Assembly: GCA_964593575.1 (NCBI GenBank)
Contig: CAZQJD010000001.1
Span: 1 to 49,196, forward strand
Direction of reading: 5' to 3'
Source of the DNA: an uncultured Oscillibacter sp.
Lineage (GTDB): Bacteria > Bacillota > Clostridia > Oscillospirales > Oscillospiraceae
Length of the DNA stretch: 49,196 bases
The translations under genes were made by a program, and so were the position numbers. Below the pieces are notes generated by a model. It saw only the letters and a program-made list of their open reading frames with translations, did no database searches and was not told the DNA's origin. Positions 39,270 to 47,538 of this stretch are shown here, piece after piece. Numbering within the stretch: the first letter of the stretch is position 1; the number at the start of each line of letters is the position of its first letter.

Positions 39270-39310
39270 CAGAAAGCCCTGCTGCAGAAATTTTGCAGCA
39301 GGGCTTTCTG
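39270..39310. terminator. Bidirectional intrinsic terminator (IIC intron target)
   Basis: 17-bp perfect stem CAGAAAGCCCTGCTGCA / TGCAGCAGGGCTTTCTG between convergent genes. Confidence 0.88.
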
Positions 39311-39320
39311 TGTGAATTTT

Positions 39321-39623
39321 TTACTCCGTAACCAGACCAAAGATACGCTCGTAGGTATCACCATCGCAGCGTTCTTCGCACCACCGGCGTGCTTCGCTTT
39401 CCGTCATCGGGGTAATGCACTGGAGATCCTTCCGTCCACGAGGATGGCAAGGCCAAACAAAGCAGGCCAGTCCTCCATGTCCGTGGTGCAGAAAAAATTC
39501 ACCCGTTGCCTTGCGATACAGCACTTCGTACACCTCGTACAATCCATGTTCGCCATTGGAATAATACGCCAAGGAAGCCGCCGTGCTCGTATCATACTTC
39601 TTTCCGTTGATAACCTTTCTCAT
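39321..39623 (-). CDS. Hypothetical 100-aa protein of a mobile-element/phage-associated type
   Basis: RBS GAAAGGA; pattern MRKVINGKKYDT..A…LYRK.TGEFFL…P.TE.EA..W.E…YE.IFG, recalled from clostridial MGE hypotheticals. Confidence 0.75.
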   Translation of the reverse strand: MRKVINGKKYDTSTAASLAYYSNGEHGLYEVYEVLYRKATGEFFLHHGHGGLACFVWPCHPRGRKDLQCITPMTESEARRWCEERCDGDTYERIFGLVTE

Positions 39624-39795
39624 AACTCTATGGTCCTTTCTTGGGGACGTTGCCCCGAATTATGTTGCCAACACTGGGGATTAGCCCGTATTGGCGCAAG
39701 GGGTTCAACAGAAATAAAGTATTAAATTGTTGGTTTCTTTAACTCCCGCCACATAGTGGCGACAAAACGGAAAGCGCCTCTTTCAAGGTATGTAC

Positions 39796-39824
39796 ATTTT
39801 ATCACAGGCCTTTTTCTTTTGCAA
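39796..39824 (-). promoter_or_regulatory. sigmaA promoter for the 100-aa gene (about 165-nt leader)
   Basis: TTGCAA-N17-TAAAAT with extended -10 TG. Confidence 0.7.
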
Positions 39825-39832
39825 GCAGTTTA

Positions 39833-39844
39833 GAACATTTGTTC
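39833..39844. promoter_or_regulatory. Putative LexA (SOS/Cheo) box
   Basis: GAAC-ATTT-GTTC palindrome 8 bp upstream of the -35 above. Confidence 0.55.
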
Positions 39845-40058
39845 TGTAAACATTCTATGAACAAGGCATACAAATAAGGAGTTAACAAGCCTCGAGTTGT
39901 TTTGCTTTGTAATCTTAAGCAATTCTCCAGATGCAAGCCAAGGCTTTACTCAGCCAACAAATAATTGTCATTTTACTATTTCATTAAAGGTCGAGGAACG
40001 CCGTGATAACGTTGCCAACGAAGTTCAATATCCTACCATATCAATATCCGTAGATAGC

Positions 40059-40112
40059 GAAGACTGTCGTATGGATAGCACCCCCGTGCCTCGCACCCAT
40101 ACGACAGTCTTC
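40059..40112. repeat. 16-bp perfect inverted repeat with structured loop
   Basis: GAAGACTGTCGTATGG (40059-40074) / CCATACGACAGTCTTC (40097-40112); loop contains GCAC-CCCC-GTGC. Confidence 0.85.
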
Positions 40113-40236
40113 TAAGGAGAAATGAAAAGAGCCTATGTGAATTCAAACTTCTCTGGTATAGTGCCCATTCGCAAGAGCAAGACTGGGATTATTCTTTAGA
40201 AGTTTGCCATTTCAATTTAGTGTAAACCTTCAAAAG

Positions 40237-40584
40237 TCATCGAAGCGTCTGGTATTGATATCGGCTCAATTTCCTCTGTAGGGTGGGAAACTCCTTACGC
40301 AGGCGGAAGTAAAGCCTCCTCCCTGCAATGGCCAATCGGTTCAGCGCATCGTACTCAAAAACACCGATGCGGCCTACGGTCAGCTGCTGTGTCGTTCCTT
40401 CTATCACAATCTCCAGTAAATACTCCATCTGTTCTCTGCGCCAGATCAGCATCATGCTCTCCGGCGGGCTATCCAGCCCTTGCAGCCGCTCCTGAATCCC
40501 CTGCCGGATTTGTTCATCCGGCATGAGCTCAATGGCACGGGTTTCCCGAATAAAATCTGCCATAACAGCAATCCTTTCATGCAC
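40237..40584 (-). CDS. Hypothetical protein
   Basis: 115-aa ORF continuing the minus-strand cluster; no motif recognised. Confidence 0.5.
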   Translation of the reverse strand: MHERIAVMADFIRETRAIELMPDEQIRQGIQERLQGLDSPPESMMLIWRREQMEYLLEIVIEGTTQQLTVGRIGVFEYDALNRLAIAGRRLYFRLRKEFPTLQRKLSRYQYQTLR

Positions 40585-40614
40585 TGCAGCAGGCCGTTAG
40601 GATTGCCGCAGCGC

Positions 40615-41364
40615 TTACAGAGTGATGAAATAGTCCAGAGCCAGCTTGCCGAAAACACTCTCTCCATTCTCGTCCAGCTCCCGGACATACCGGCAATGCT
40701 TGCTGTGCATCACCTGATGAGACACCCGGGACATATCGTAGCCCAGATGCTTCAGAGTGCCCAGCACCAGCATAGTCTGCTCATAGCGGTTGGCGATGTC
40801 ATCGTCAGCCACCACGAAATGCATGGGCGGATATTCTGCCGCCTCGCCGATGTGATACAGAGGCGCCGCATCATCTACGATGACACGGCGGGAGTCCACG
40901 CCCCGCTCCCGCAGCACATTGAAATGCGTAGTGGGTTGGCCGGCATCGTGAAGATAGCCCACAATGGCATCTGCCGGTAGCTTATAGGCCGCCAGCCAAC
41001 GCTTATCGAAACACAGCATCATGGATGCGTAGCCGCCGGCGGAGCTGCCGCCTACAAAGAGCTTGCCGCTGCCGCCGTATTCAGGCATGTGCTGATGCGC
41101 CCATGCGGTGGCTGCCGCACAGTCCCGGATAAAATCGGGATAGGCAGCCTCCGGATATTTGCGGTATTCCACGCAGACCACGGCAATGCCGTGCTCTGCC
41201 AGATACGCAGCCATGAACTCGCCCTTGGTCTTGGTGGCGCCAGTGATCTCAAAGCCGCCGCCATGGAAATACACAAACGTAGTGAAATCCGCCGTGTCCG
41301 GCAGATAGATGTCCATGATCTGATCGGGATGCAGCCCGTACGATACATTTTCCAGCTTTTTCAT
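40615..41364 (-). CDS. Alpha/beta hydrolase (HSL-like esterase)
   Basis: HGGGF oxyanion motif and GSSAGG nucleophile elbow. Confidence 0.9.
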   Translation of the reverse strand: MKKLENVSYGLHPDQIMDIYLPDTADFTTFVYFHGGGFEITGATKTKGEFMAAYLAEHGIAVVCVEYRKYPEAAYPDFIRDCAAATAWAHQHMPEYGGSGKLFVGGSSAGGYASMMLCFDKRWLAAYKLPADAIVGYLHDAGQPTTHFNVLRERGVDSRRVIVDDAAPLYHIGEAAEYPPMHFVVADDDIANRYEQTMLVLGTLKHLGYDMSRVSHQVMHSKHCRYVRELDENGESVFGKLALDYFITL

Positions 41365-41401
41365 GTTCAATGCCCCTCTTCGTCAAAATACTATTTGCAG
41401 A

Positions 41402-42721
41402 TCAGCGAAAGTTTTCGTACGCGTAGCGCAGCAGCTCCTCACGGAACTGAGGGTGCGCCACAGAGGCCATAGCCTCGGCACGCTCCAGCAGAGAAAGGCC
41501 GGAGAGTTTGGCAACGCCGTACTCCGTGGCCACATACTGGATCATGGTGCGGGGTGCGGAAACGGTGCTGCCGCCAGGGATAAAGGGCACGATGTTACTC
41601 TTGAGGTTGCCTTCCTTGTCCTTACGGGCGGAGTTCAGGCAGATGAAGCCCTTGCCGCCCTTGGAACGGTAGGCGCCCTCCAGAAAGTCCAGCTGACCGC
41701 CGATGCCGGACAGCTGACGGGTACCGGCGGATTCGGCGTTCTCCTGACCCATCAGGTCCAGCTGCACGCCACCCATGATAGCGATAAAATTGCTGATTTT
41801 ACTCATGCGATCAGGAGAATGGACATAGTCCACATCGCCGGGATGGAACAGCTGCGGCTCCGCGTCCAGCCAGTCGTACAGCTCCTGAGAGCCCATGGCC
41901 AGATTCCATGTGGCAAGGCCGTTGTCGATCTCCTTGCGGCGGCCAGTGAGCTTGCCGGCGCGGTACAACTCCATAAAGGCATCGCTGATGGTGCCGGTCC
42001 AGCAGCCAAGGTCGGTAAGGTCGGACTCCGCCAGCATCCGGGCCACGGTGAAGGGCACGCCGCCCACGCCCAGAGACAGGGTGGCACCGTCGGGAATTTC
42101 CTTCAGGACATGCTTTGCGATCTCCATGTCGATGGGAGAAGGATCGCGATAGGTACGCAGAGGCAGCGGGTCATGCTGACCCTCCACGATGTAATCGGCC
42201 TCGGACAGGTGGACACGATGAGAGCCGTCCACACCCTGCAGCCGGGGATAATGCTCGTTGATCTCAAAGATAACGGTGCGGGCATTTTCAAAGATGGTGC
42301 GCCATGCGTAGCAGCCGATGCCCAGACCGCAGTAGCCGTTCTCATCGGGTCGGGACACCGGCACAAAGGCCACGTCCACCCGGATGTGATTGCGGTACAG
42401 GTCCGGCAGGGACCGGAGGATCATGGGCAGGAAGCGCACCAGACCCCGGCTCTGGAGCTTGCGCTCATAGTCGCCGATGTGCCAGCTGTAGTAAGAAAAT
42501 GCGCTCTGCTCCGGGTCGCACTCCACCACCTCAATGCGGGGGCGGATCACCAGACCGCCGCGGATCTTCACATCCCGCAGCTCGTCCTTCCGGGCTGCCA
42601 GCGCCTTGTCCATCAGCTCCGGGAATCCGGCGCCGAAGCCATAGTCCACCCAGTCACCGGGCTGTACAGCCTTAGCCGCAGTCTCGGCGCTGACAAATTT
42701 ATGCTGATAATTGCTTTTCAT
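41402..42721 (-). CDS. Acetyl-CoA hydrolase/transferase family paralogue lacking the catalytic Glu
   Basis: GDWVDYG, LSLGVGGVP, SGIGGQLDF, VATEYG; WTGT in place of HTEM. Confidence 0.85.
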   Translation of the reverse strand: MKSNYQHKFVSAETAAKAVQPGDWVDYGFGAGFPELMDKALAARKDELRDVKIRGGLVIRPRIEVVECDPEQSAFSYYSWHIGDYERKLQSRGLVRFLPMILRSLPDLYRNHIRVDVAFVPVSRPDENGYCGLGIGCYAWRTIFENARTVIFEINEHYPRLQGVDGSHRVHLSEADYIVEGQHDPLPLRTYRDPSPIDMEIAKHVLKEIPDGATLSLGVGGVPFTVARMLAESDLTDLGCWTGTISDAFMELYRAGKLTGRRKEIDNGLATWNLAMGSQELYDWLDAEPQLFHPGDVDYVHSPDRMSKISNFIAIMGGVQLDLMGQENAESAGTRQLSGIGGQLDFLEGAYRSKGGKGFICLNSARKDKEGNLKSNIVPFIPGGSTVSAPRTMIQYVATEYGVAKLSGLSLLERAEAMASVAHPQFREELLRYAYENFR

Positions 42722-42740
42722 TATAATCGTCCTCTTTCCC

Positions 42741-42796
42741 GGATGCAGTGCGCAGAGCTCCGGCTTCCCATCTTCCGAAGCTCTGCGCACTGATCC
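42741..42796 (-). repeat. Long hairpin upstream of the CoA-transferase paralogue
   Basis: 14-bp inverted repeat CAGTGCGCAGAGCT (42746-42759) / AGCTCTGCGCACTG (42779-42792), extendable by GGAT/ATCC. Confidence 0.7.
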
Positions 42797-42908
42797 TATG
42801 TCAGGGCTCCATGCAGGCGGAGGTCACCCGCACGGGCCACAGAATCTTACACAACGAACAAATATCGCTCTTATGCTCCATAGTTGCCTGCAACCCAAAG
42901 CATTCCGG

Positions 42909-44120
42909 TTATTGATATACAGCGGTATAAACAGTCTCTCCGGCACAGCGGACAATTTCCTTATCCCAGCCGACAAAGGCCCCTCCCGACTTAATGGGAG
43001 CCGCTACCTTGTCACCATAGAGATAGGTCTTGCTGCTGATGACACCTCCATCCGGTTCGCGGAATGTCACCATGTACTCTGTATTGAGTTTACATTCTTC
43101 GGAAAGATATTCATCCGCCAACGCTTGCAGTCCCTTCAGATCGGCTTCCGATTCGAATATCTCCACAAAGTTCGTTTTACGCTCGTCGGCTTCCGTATTG
43201 GGATTATCCCACCAGTACTCCGCGATCCGGAATCGCTCCACATCAAAATACGCATTGGCTTCCGTATCATTGTAAAACTCGCTTGGCTGCCCAACAGCCG
43301 TCTCACCAGTAATGGCACAGTAAGTCATCAGGGCACTGAGGTAACCAGAAAGCAAATTGGGATGGTAGCCATCACTGCTGTTGCGAGACACAATAAAGCT
43401 GCTCTTGTTGTATGCCGTATCTGTTCCCGGCACAACCACATGCCCATTCCACACATCCCACACCAAGGTGCCCCAGTCCACGATTTTGGCACCCTCTTCC
43501 TGAATCAGCTTAACAGACTCCTTCCAACCAGCAGGATAGTTTCCGGTATAAACGCCATCATGGATCACATAAAGGAATTCAGTTTCCGGATTTGCTGCGC
43601 GGAACAGGTCCATAACGCCCTTGACATTGGCATGGTACTGCTCAGCAGTCCAAGATTCCGGAACTTTTATCTCCTGCAGCACCACATAGTCATAATACCT
43701 GTCGATCAGATCCGCTGCATGATCGTGTCCCTTTTCAACATTATTGTCATTGGCATCACAATGACCATCAAACAGATCTGTCAGATCGTGGCCGCCATAG
43801 CACCAGTCCATTACAGAAACGTCTGCGCCATTAGCTTTGCAAAGCTGGTAGAAATACCCCTGATCGTCGGCTCGTTTCTCCTGAGAATGTATGTAGTAAT
43901 CGTCTTTAATGACTACTCCTCCGTAATAAGTATAGGAACAGCCCACGAAAATAATTTTCTTTCCATCCAGTACAGAGGCTCTGGATCCAGGTTCTGCTAC
44001 TTCAGGCAGCTTTACGCCGGACTGCGATGCTCCAGGTTGTTCCGTCCCGGTTGCACTGTCAGAGCAGGAACACAGGAGCAACATCAGCAGCGCCAGCAGC
44101 AGTGCGGCGTTTCGTTTCAT
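42909..44120 (-). CDS. Lipoprotein with SGNH/GDSL-like domain and C-terminal InlB B-repeat-like segment
   Basis: Lipobox LLCSC; FVGCSYT (block I Ser), DGYHP (DxxH); VTF..DG…FVGWD…YTAVY. Confidence 0.7.
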   Translation of the reverse strand: MKRNAALLLALLMLLLCSCSDSATGTEQPGASQSGVKLPEVAEPGSRASVLDGKKIIFVGCSYTYYGGVVIKDDYYIHSQEKRADDQGYFYQLCKANGADVSVMDWCYGGHDLTDLFDGHCDANDNNVEKGHDHAADLIDRYYDYVVLQEIKVPESWTAEQYHANVKGVMDLFRAANPETEFLYVIHDGVYTGNYPAGWKESVKLIQEEGAKIVDWGTLVWDVWNGHVVVPGTDTAYNKSSFIVSRNSSDGYHPNLLSGYLSALMTYCAITGETAVGQPSEFYNDTEANAYFDVERFRIAEYWWDNPNTEADERKTNFVEIFESEADLKGLQALADEYLSEECKLNTEYMVTFREPDGGVISSKTYLYGDKVAAPIKSGGAFVGWDKEIVRCAGETVYTAVYQ

Positions 44121-44134
44121 GCAATGTCCCCCTA

Positions 44135-44983
44135 TTACTCGTAATCGTAGAAACCGTGCTTCGTCTTCTTACCGTAACGCCCCTGTTCGTACAGCTCTGC
44201 GATCATGTCAAAGCCAGGAGACTTGATGCCTGTCTCCTCATAGCGGCGCTTGAGGACATTGTAGCGCACATCGATGCCGCTCATGTCGTCCAGCTTGAAG
44301 GGTCCCATGGGATGGCCCAGACCCAGCTCCACTGCCTTGTCCAGATCCTCCAGAGAGCAGACGCCCTCGCCCACCAGACGGTAGGCCTCTTCCTTGATGA
44401 CCTTCAGGATGTTGTTGACAATGAAGCCATCCTCTTCCTTCTTCACCAGAGCGGGAGTCTTTCCGGTGCTGCGGCCGAACTCCATCAGCTTGTCCACCGT
44501 CTCCTGAGAGGTATGGTCACCCTTGACCACCTCTACCAGCTTCATCACCAGAGCGGGCATGAAGTAGTGCAGGTTGGCAAGACGCTCCGGATGCTCCACA
44601 ACACCTGCGAAGGTGGAGGACACCATGAAGCTGGAATTGGTGGCGATGATGGTGTCGGGACGGGTCAGACGGCTGACCTTGCCCAGAAGGTCGGTCTTGG
44701 CCTGCTTATCCTCGATGATGGCCTCGATGACGATGTCAGCCTCCTTGCAGGCGGCTTCCAGATCGTCGGTAACGGAGAAGCGAGCCTTGATGTCAGCCAC
44801 CTGCTCTGCGGTCATACGACCCTTGGCAATGCGCCCGGCCAGATACTCTTCCTTCCACGCCTCGAGACTCTCCCGTGCAGGGGCAAAGCTCTCGCAGACG
44901 ATGACATCATAGCCATGGATAGCGGTATTCAGGGCGATCTGACGCCCCATGGCGCCGCCGCCCACAACAGTACACTTTTTCAT
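44135..44983 (-). CDS. 3-hydroxyacyl-CoA dehydrogenase family protein
   Basis: GGGAMG, EAIIE, ATNSS, HYFMP, GFIVN, HPMGPF. Confidence 0.93.
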   Translation of the reverse strand: MKKCTVVGGGAMGRQIALNTAIHGYDVIVCESFAPARESLEAWKEEYLAGRIAKGRMTAEQVADIKARFSVTDDLEAACKEADIVIEAIIEDKQAKTDLLGKVSRLTRPDTIIATNSSFMVSSTFAGVVEHPERLANLHYFMPALVMKLVEVVKGDHTSQETVDKLMEFGRSTGKTPALVKKEEDGFIVNNILKVIKEEAYRLVGEGVCSLEDLDKAVELGLGHPMGPFKLDDMSGIDVRYNVLKRRYEETGIKSPGFDMIAELYEQGRYGKKTKHGFYDYE

Positions 44984-45007
44984 GTTGAAAACCTCGTCTT
45001 TCTATGA

Positions 45008-46273
45008 TTATTCTCCATCATACTGCCACAGACCCAGGGCAGCGTTCCGGACAAAGTAGATCTCTTCTCCGTTGGGCAGTGTCTTCCAGCCGGTTTTCCA
45101 GTCCTCACAGGGATAGGCCTCCAGCGCCTCCGCCACGCTCATATGGCAGAAACCGGCGTGCTCCACTTCCTCGCGGGTGAGCTTATCGGTGCAATAGGTC
45201 AGCTTGGTATTGAGACTGGGCACGCTGCGGATCAAATGACCTGCCAGAGACATGTTGCTGCTGAGCAGTGGGTCGTTTCGGTACAGCTGCAGCATCTCCT
45301 CACGAGGGCGGTAGCCGTATTTCCGGATGGCCTGATCTGCCAGATCGTTCTCACCGAAGGTATGAACGCCAGGGGCAATGACGATGATCTCGCCGTCCTC
45401 CGCCACCATCTTCTGGGTGCGATAGATGGCCTTGTTGGTGACCCAGGTGGAATGGTAGCTGTGGGGGTCCATCCAGACCACACACTTTTTCACCGGGCGC
45501 TCCACATGGTTGATGTTCACCTCTCGGCTGAGAGCCACAGCTGCCTCGAAGGCATCCCGCTCCTTGCCGATGAACACGCCCTTATAGATGTCGGCTCCGT
45601 CCCGCTGGTCCATGACCGTAAGGATGAAGGTCAGGGGCAGGGCGTCCAGCATGTGCTTCTGTGCATAGTCGAACAGGCGGCGAGGCGGTGTATCCACCTC
45701 ACCCACAATGCGGTGGCGTCCGTAGAACACGCCCAGGAAGTGGCTGACGTTGATCATCTCACCGCCGCCGCAGCCAACCACCAGATTCTTAGTGTAGCCT
45801 GCAAAGCCTGCGATTTCATGAGGCACCACCTGACCGATAGAGAGGATGGCGTCATACTTGCCGCTGAGCAGTTCCCTGTTGACGGAAACCGTCACATCTT
45901 CCTTGAACAGTCCCTCAGAGACCTCGCCGATAAATTCGCCGGGGACAGTGCCCACAGCTGCGATGGATTCACGGAAATCGTGAACGAGATAGGCGTCCAT
46001 GGGAATCGTATCACCGAACATCTCCCGCAGCTCTGCTTCCTGCATGGGCAGGTGGGTGCCCAGCGCGGGCATGACCTTCACAGCGCAGTCCCGGCCGGTG
46101 AGTTCCTCATAGTAACGTGCGGTGATGAATCCGGCACCGGAGTGGGAGCGGGTGATGTCCGGCGGCAGCAGCAGCACGCTTTTCCAGTCGTTGTCGGCAA
46201 TGTGGCGGTGGATCAGCGCCGCCACATCGTCAAAGGAGACAGACTCCTTCTTGTTTTCCAAATAGCCATACAT
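45008..46273 (-). CDS. LarA-superfamily (DUF2088) nickel-pincer racemase/epimerase
   Basis: PPDITR, ALGTH, VHD, VVPHE motifs typical of the LarA N-domain. Confidence 0.82.
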   Translation of the reverse strand: MYGYLENKKESVSFDDVAALIHRHIADNDWKSVLLLPPDITRSHSGAGFITARYYEELTGRDCAVKVMPALGTHLPMQEAELREMFGDTIPMDAYLVHDFRESIAAVGTVPGEFIGEVSEGLFKEDVTVSVNRELLSGKYDAILSIGQVVPHEIAGFAGYTKNLVVGCGGGEMINVSHFLGVFYGRHRIVGEVDTPPRRLFDYAQKHMLDALPLTFILTVMDQRDGADIYKGVFIGKERDAFEAAVALSREVNINHVERPVKKCVVWMDPHSYHSTWVTNKAIYRTQKMVAEDGEIIVIAPGVHTFGENDLADQAIRKYGYRPREEMLQLYRNDPLLSSNMSLAGHLIRSVPSLNTKLTYCTDKLTREEVEHAGFCHMSVAEALEAYPCEDWKTGWKTLPNGEEIYFVRNAALGLWQYDGE

Positions 46274-46330
46274 AACAGCAGTTCCTCCTGCAGTGTTTTG
46301 TGTTGTTACCGTTTTACAAAGCAGCCCGGT

Positions 46331-47518
46331 TCAGTCCGCAGCCAGAGTATTCAGTACATACTGGCACAGGAAAGCCACGCCCATGGGAAGTCCTTTCTCG
46401 TCGAAACGGACGGCAGCCGCGTGCTGACCCAGAGCCGTCTGGGGATCTTCGGGATTCTGTGTACCCAGCCGCACGATTGCACCAGGAATTTGCTGCAGAT
46501 AATTTGCAAAGTCCTCCGAGCCGTTGGAGGGAGCAGGCATATAGTAAACAGCTTCCTCTCCAAAGAGCTTGCGGACCGCCGCCTCTGCCCGGTCAATGAT
46601 GGCCGGGTCATTATACACGCTGGGAACAGACGGTTCCAAAAATTCCACGGTACATTCCGTACGCAGCGCAGTACAGACGCTTTCGCTGATGCGCCGGATG
46701 GAATTTTTAATAGTCTCGTGACTTTCCGGGTGCAGCGTTCGGAGCGTTCCCAACATCACCACTTCTGCCGGTATTACATTGGCAGCGGTTCCTCCGTGGA
46801 TACTGCCTATGGACATGACAGCAGGGCGCATACAATCGTTATCCCGGGAAACCGCCATCTGCAGCTGTCCCACCAGCGTACCGGCGGCCAATACCGTGTC
46901 GCCGCAGCGCTGAGGGAATGCGCCGTGTCCGCCGGCACTTCTGACGGTGATGCGCATATTATCGGAGCTGCAATTGGAGGGGCCTTTGATGAAGCCGAAG
47001 CGTCCACTCTCCAACGGCGTGTATGTATGCATCATCAGGATACTCTCCGGCCTGGGCTCCAGCTTCAAACAGCCGGCCTCAATCATTTTTCGGGAGCCCC
47101 ACAGCGTTTCCTCCGCAGGCTGAAAATATATCCAGACATTGCCGTTGAGTTTCTCTTTATGGGTGCTGAGCCAGCGGGCCGCAAAGATGGCCATAGTGGT
47201 ATGCAGATCATGGCCGCAGGCGTGGAAGCAGCCCGGGTGCTGAGAAGCAAAGGGCAGTCCGGATTCCTCCTCCAGTGGGAGGGCATCGACATCCGCTCGC
47301 AGGGAGATGGTGTGCCCAGGATGCTCGCCCCGGATGAGAACACAAAGGCCGGTTTCAAGCCCGATTTCCCGAATCTCCACAGGATAGTCCTGCAGTGCAT
47401 CACGGATGTACTGGGTAGTCTTTTTCTCCTGCATGCCCAACTCAGGGATCTGGTGCAGGTCGCGGCGAACACGGATGATCTCCGCCTCCTGCAGCTTAAT
47501 CTCTTCCCACAAGGTCAT
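46331..47518 (-). CDS. M20 family amidohydrolase
   Basis: LHQIPELG, LRADVDALP, HACGHD, QPAEE, GSEDF. Confidence 0.93.
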   Translation of the reverse strand: MTLWEEIKLQEAEIIRVRRDLHQIPELGMQEKKTTQYIRDALQDYPVEIREIGLETGLCVLIRGEHPGHTISLRADVDALPLEEESGLPFASQHPGCFHACGHDLHTTMAIFAARWLSTHKEKLNGNVWIYFQPAEETLWGSRKMIEAGCLKLEPRPESILMMHTYTPLESGRFGFIKGPSNCSSDNMRITVRSAGGHGAFPQRCGDTVLAAGTLVGQLQMAVSRDNDCMRPAVMSIGSIHGGTAANVIPAEVVMLGTLRTLHPESHETIKNSIRRISESVCTALRTECTVEFLEPSVPSVYNDPAIIDRAEAAVRKLFGEEAVYYMPAPSNGSEDFANYLQQIPGAIVRLGTQNPEDPQTALGQHAAAVRFDEKGLPMGVAFLCQYVLNTLAAD

Positions 47519-47538
47519 GTCCCGGCCTCCCCTTTTGG

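Noticed and set aside
39897..40115. 72-aa plus-strand ORF, and 39189-39725
   Set aside because: No motif and an atypical composition; they overlap the hairpin, intron relic or a better-supported opposite-strand gene
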